Notes under the pieces: model-generated | What the model was told of the DNA's origin: nothing | Seen by the model: only the letters and a program-made list of their open reading frames with translations | Databases searched by the model: none | In this document: positions 58,159 through 58,680 of the stretch, piece after piece | How positions within the stretch are numbered: position 1 is the stretch's first letter | How the letters are laid out: every line of letters begins with the position of its first letter | Virus record (IMG/VR): IMGVR_UViG_3300036911_000012 | Coordinates: 1 to 58,680 of that record | Length of the DNA stretch: 58,680 nt | Source of the DNA: a virus | Taxonomy: Duplodnaviria > Caudoviricetes | Direction: 5' to 3' (one strand) | Position numbers and translations under genes: made by a program

Positions 58159-58650
58159 ATGAGCGTACGGGAAACGCTAGTAACGCGTGCATACGTTGCG
58201 GAATGCTTAGGCGTTTCGCAACAAACGATTGCGAGATGGGAACGCAGCGGCGTATCACCCATACGAGCGAGGCGCACAGTTCGTACGAAGCAACTGCGCT
58301 ACACCCTTGCCGACATCGAAGCCTACAAAGAGTGGCTGGCGACCGAGCAGCTTGAGGAAATTCCCCTGCCGCCCAAACCCGCCACGTCGGCCAAGGCAAA
58401 GCCCGCAACCTTACAAGTTGCAAGCGCTCCCGCCGACTTGTCGGCTGTGTTAGACTATCCCGTTGAACTATTAACAGATGAACAACGTGGATTGTTTGAC
58501 ACGAAGATGAACTGGTCGATCTCGCAAGGCGACTCCCAAGAGTCGGCTTGGAACTGGGCGCGTAACTTCGTGTGCGCGCAATTCCTGCTGGGCGAATACG
58601 CTGGCGGGGTATACAATTCGCCCGACGAAGACTTAGCTGCGTATGAGTAG
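58159..58650 (+). CDS. MerR/excisionase-like HTH protein
   Basis: TRAYVAECLGVSQQTIARWERSG...RYTLADI; TTGACA at 58066 upstream. Confidence 0.7.
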   Translation: MSVRETLVTRAYVAECLGVSQQTIARWERSGVSPIRARRTVRTKQLRYTLADIEAYKEWLATEQLEEIPLPPKPATSAKAKPATLQVASAPADLSAVLDYPVELLTDEQRGLFDTKMNWSISQGDSQESAWNWARNFVCAQFLLGEYAGGVYNSPDEDLAAYE

Positions 58651-58680
58651 AAATACTCATTCCGCACGGCTTGACTTTTA

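Larger units (their letters stand above)
261..58545. repeat. Dispersed 16-bp palindromic motif family YTACTC-N4-GAGTAR (~60 copies, spacer often YYRR)
   Basis: Hand-located 16-mers (mostly 0-2 mismatches, a few with 3) starting at 261, 1161, 1275, 1623, 2392, 2953, 3791, 4135, 4750, 5474, 6288, 6570, 7034, 8299, 9546, 9864, 10633, 11008, 11601, 12066, 12533, 13337, 14009, 14406, 15369, 15817, 16669, 17373, 18016, 19153, 19357, 20153, 23227, 24379, 24682, 26389, 27557, 28228, 28261, 28852, 30223, 31011, 32140, 33261, 35312, 36190, 37238, 39094, 40943, 42039, 45259, 46972, 47915, 49406, 51638, 54024, 55400, 55990, 56765, 57519, 58530; 3-bp-spacer variants at 21035, 21478, 32843, 57219. Confidence 0.95.

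Noticed and set aside
261-58545. Palindromic motif as a CRISPR array or integron attC sites
   Set aside because: Copies are only 16 bp, irregularly dispersed and often intragenic; there are no constant-length spacers, cas operon or integron integrase
58159-58650. Lysogeny module implied by the excisionase-like HTH
   Set aside because: No tyrosine or serine integrase, CI-like repressor or ParA recognised, so lifestyle is undetermined
1-58680. tRNA genes or terminal direct repeats
   Set aside because: None recognised by eye and the two ends do not share sequence; a tRNAscan run would be needed to exclude tRNAs

Overview
The window looks like a complete or near-complete ~58.7-kb tailed dsDNA phage genome with podovirus-like architecture. 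The host is unknown; an alphaproteobacterial host is only a guess from promoter style and gene content. A plus-strand arm (~57.2 kb to the end, then 1-19.8 kb) carries early and replication genes: a MoxR-like AAA ATPase plus VWA/metallopeptidase pair, family A DNA polymerase, MazG-like protein, Cas4-like nuclease, VRR-NUC, an SNF2 helicase interrupted by a 312-aa intein, an SSB-like protein, a primase/DUF927 helicase and HNH nucleases. A minus-strand arm (~19.7-56.5 kb) carries virion and lysis genes: a 2460-aa polyvalent internal protein, other ejection proteins, tail tube/adaptors, capsid, scaffold, portal, tailspike/fibre-like proteins, holin candidates and a GH19 endolysin. The terminase pair is inverted within this arm. 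I saw no integrase, tRNA or CRISPR. The two most striking signals are: (1) about 60 hand-counted copies of a 16-bp palindrome YTACTC-N4-GAGTAR spread over the whole genome, inside genes, inside the intein and at many gene junctions, with two copies bracketing an in-frame domain insertion; (2) seven late-arm proteins, including tailspike- and tail-fibre-like ones, with canonical Sec signal peptides and paired cysteines. A ~400-nt highly structured non-coding segment and a MazG cassette bounded by 50-bp direct repeats also stand out. All calls come from reading by eye, with no database searches.
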